NCBI GenBank assembly: GCA_021786295.1 | Contig: JAJYNO010000033.1 | Location: 1,775-65,774, forward strand | Length of the DNA stretch: 64,000 nucleotides | Source: a bacterium | GTDB taxonomy: Bacteria > Elusimicrobiota > Elusimicrobia > Elusimicrobiales > UBA9959 | Direction: 5' to 3' | Shown: piece after piece, positions 63,607 to 64,000 of the stretch | Position numbering within the stretch: the stretch's first letter is position 1 | How the letters are laid out: each line of letters opens with the position of its first letter | Program-made: the position numbers and the translations under genes | The notes under the pieces: generated by a model | The model's input: the letters and a program-made list of their open reading frames with translations, nothing else | What the model was told of the DNA's origin: nothing | Database searches by the model: none

Positions 63607-64000
63607 TCAATATCGTTATTCCCATGGCCGGGGAGGGTTCGCGTTTCGTGCAGGCCGGCTACAAGTCGCCCAAGCCGTTCATAGACGTGAAGGGCAAGCC
63701 GATGATAGCGCGCGTGATGGAGAACCTGGACTACAGGGGTGCACGCTTCATCCTGCTGGCGCGCACCAGCCACCTGATGCAGGAAAAACGGACGGTTAAG
63801 GACATCGAGAGACGCTTCAACGCCGTGTTCGTCCCCGTGGACAGGCTTACCGAGGGCACGGCCTGCACCGTGCTGCACGCCAGGAAATACATAAACGACG
63901 GCTCGCCGCTGCTCATCGCCAACTCCGACCAGATAGTGGATACCGGCGTGGCGGGGATGATAGACGCCGCCCTGCAGAAAGGGCTGGACGGCAGCATAAT
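63603..64000 (+). CDS. Sugar-phosphate nucleotidyltransferase-like protein (partial; runs off the window)
   Basis: The open frame from the ATG at 63603 reads MINIVIPMAGEGSRFVQAGYKSPKPFIDVKGKPMIARVMENL..., with a canonical G-x-G-S-R-F NTP-transferase loop. There is no stop before 64000. It is not in the supplied track because it is incomplete. Confidence 0.65.
   Translation, partial: MINIVIPMAGEGSRFVQAGYKSPKPFIDVKGKPMIARVMENLDYRGARFILLARTSHLMQEKRTVKDIERRFNAVFVPVDRLTEGTACTVLHARKYINDGSPLLIANSDQIVDTGVAGMIDAALQKGLDGSI

Overview
This 64-kb window comes from a high-GC chromosome of a diderm-type bacterium. Backbone 60-nt lines that I counted by hand are 60-70% G+C. From 1 to 22.3 kb the content is housekeeping: tRNA-Glu, an M23 peptidase with bactofilin, an ABC exporter, a NodB deacetylase, tRNA-Leu, an AI-2E permease, ileS-lspA, a TPR lipoprotein, a large GT-C-like membrane protein, a P1B-type ATPase, queF, tRNA-Val and thrS. 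From 22.4 kb to beyond 64 kb there is one very large surface-polysaccharide locus on the + strand. It holds a Wza-like exporter, a Wzz-like co-polymerase, a flippase, a putative polymerase, about 8 glycosyltransferases, acetyl- and methyl-transferases and an AsnB-type amidotransferase. It also carries complete or partial pathways for UDP-L-FucNAc (fnlABC), dTDP-L-rhamnose (rfbCADB), GDP-L-fucose (gmd, manC, fcl) and a CDP-3,6-dideoxyhexose (rfbFGH plus an epimerase). The locus is a compositional mosaic: an AT-rich core at about 25.6-38.9 kb (28-38% in counted lines) and an intermediate tier at 38.9-43.4 kb (about 53-55%). Four further things are superimposed on this. (1) There are 23 copies of a 17-18-nt REP/REPIN-like unit (GGGGACAGGCTACTTTT), all intergenic, often forming simple or nested hairpins. 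An intact HUH/Y1 RAYT-type transposase gene is bracketed by inverted copies of the unit, and a degenerate RAYT paralogue lies elsewhere. (2) A 1.33-kb cassette carries only an AAA+/DUF4143 ATPase. It is bounded by 47/48-nt inverted repeats and 52-nt identical direct repeats and sits inside a nested REPIN. I consider this the most interesting structure in the window. (3) Three toxin-antitoxin-like modules (two HEPN/MNT pairs in opposite gene order and a zeta/COG4185-like ATPase with a 49-aa partner ORF) sit at junctions between functional blocks of the glycan locus. (4) A gene remnant marks past cassette exchange. The many long alternate-frame and antisense ORFs in the track are high-GC artefacts. 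No rRNA, CRISPR array, integrase or prophage was seen.
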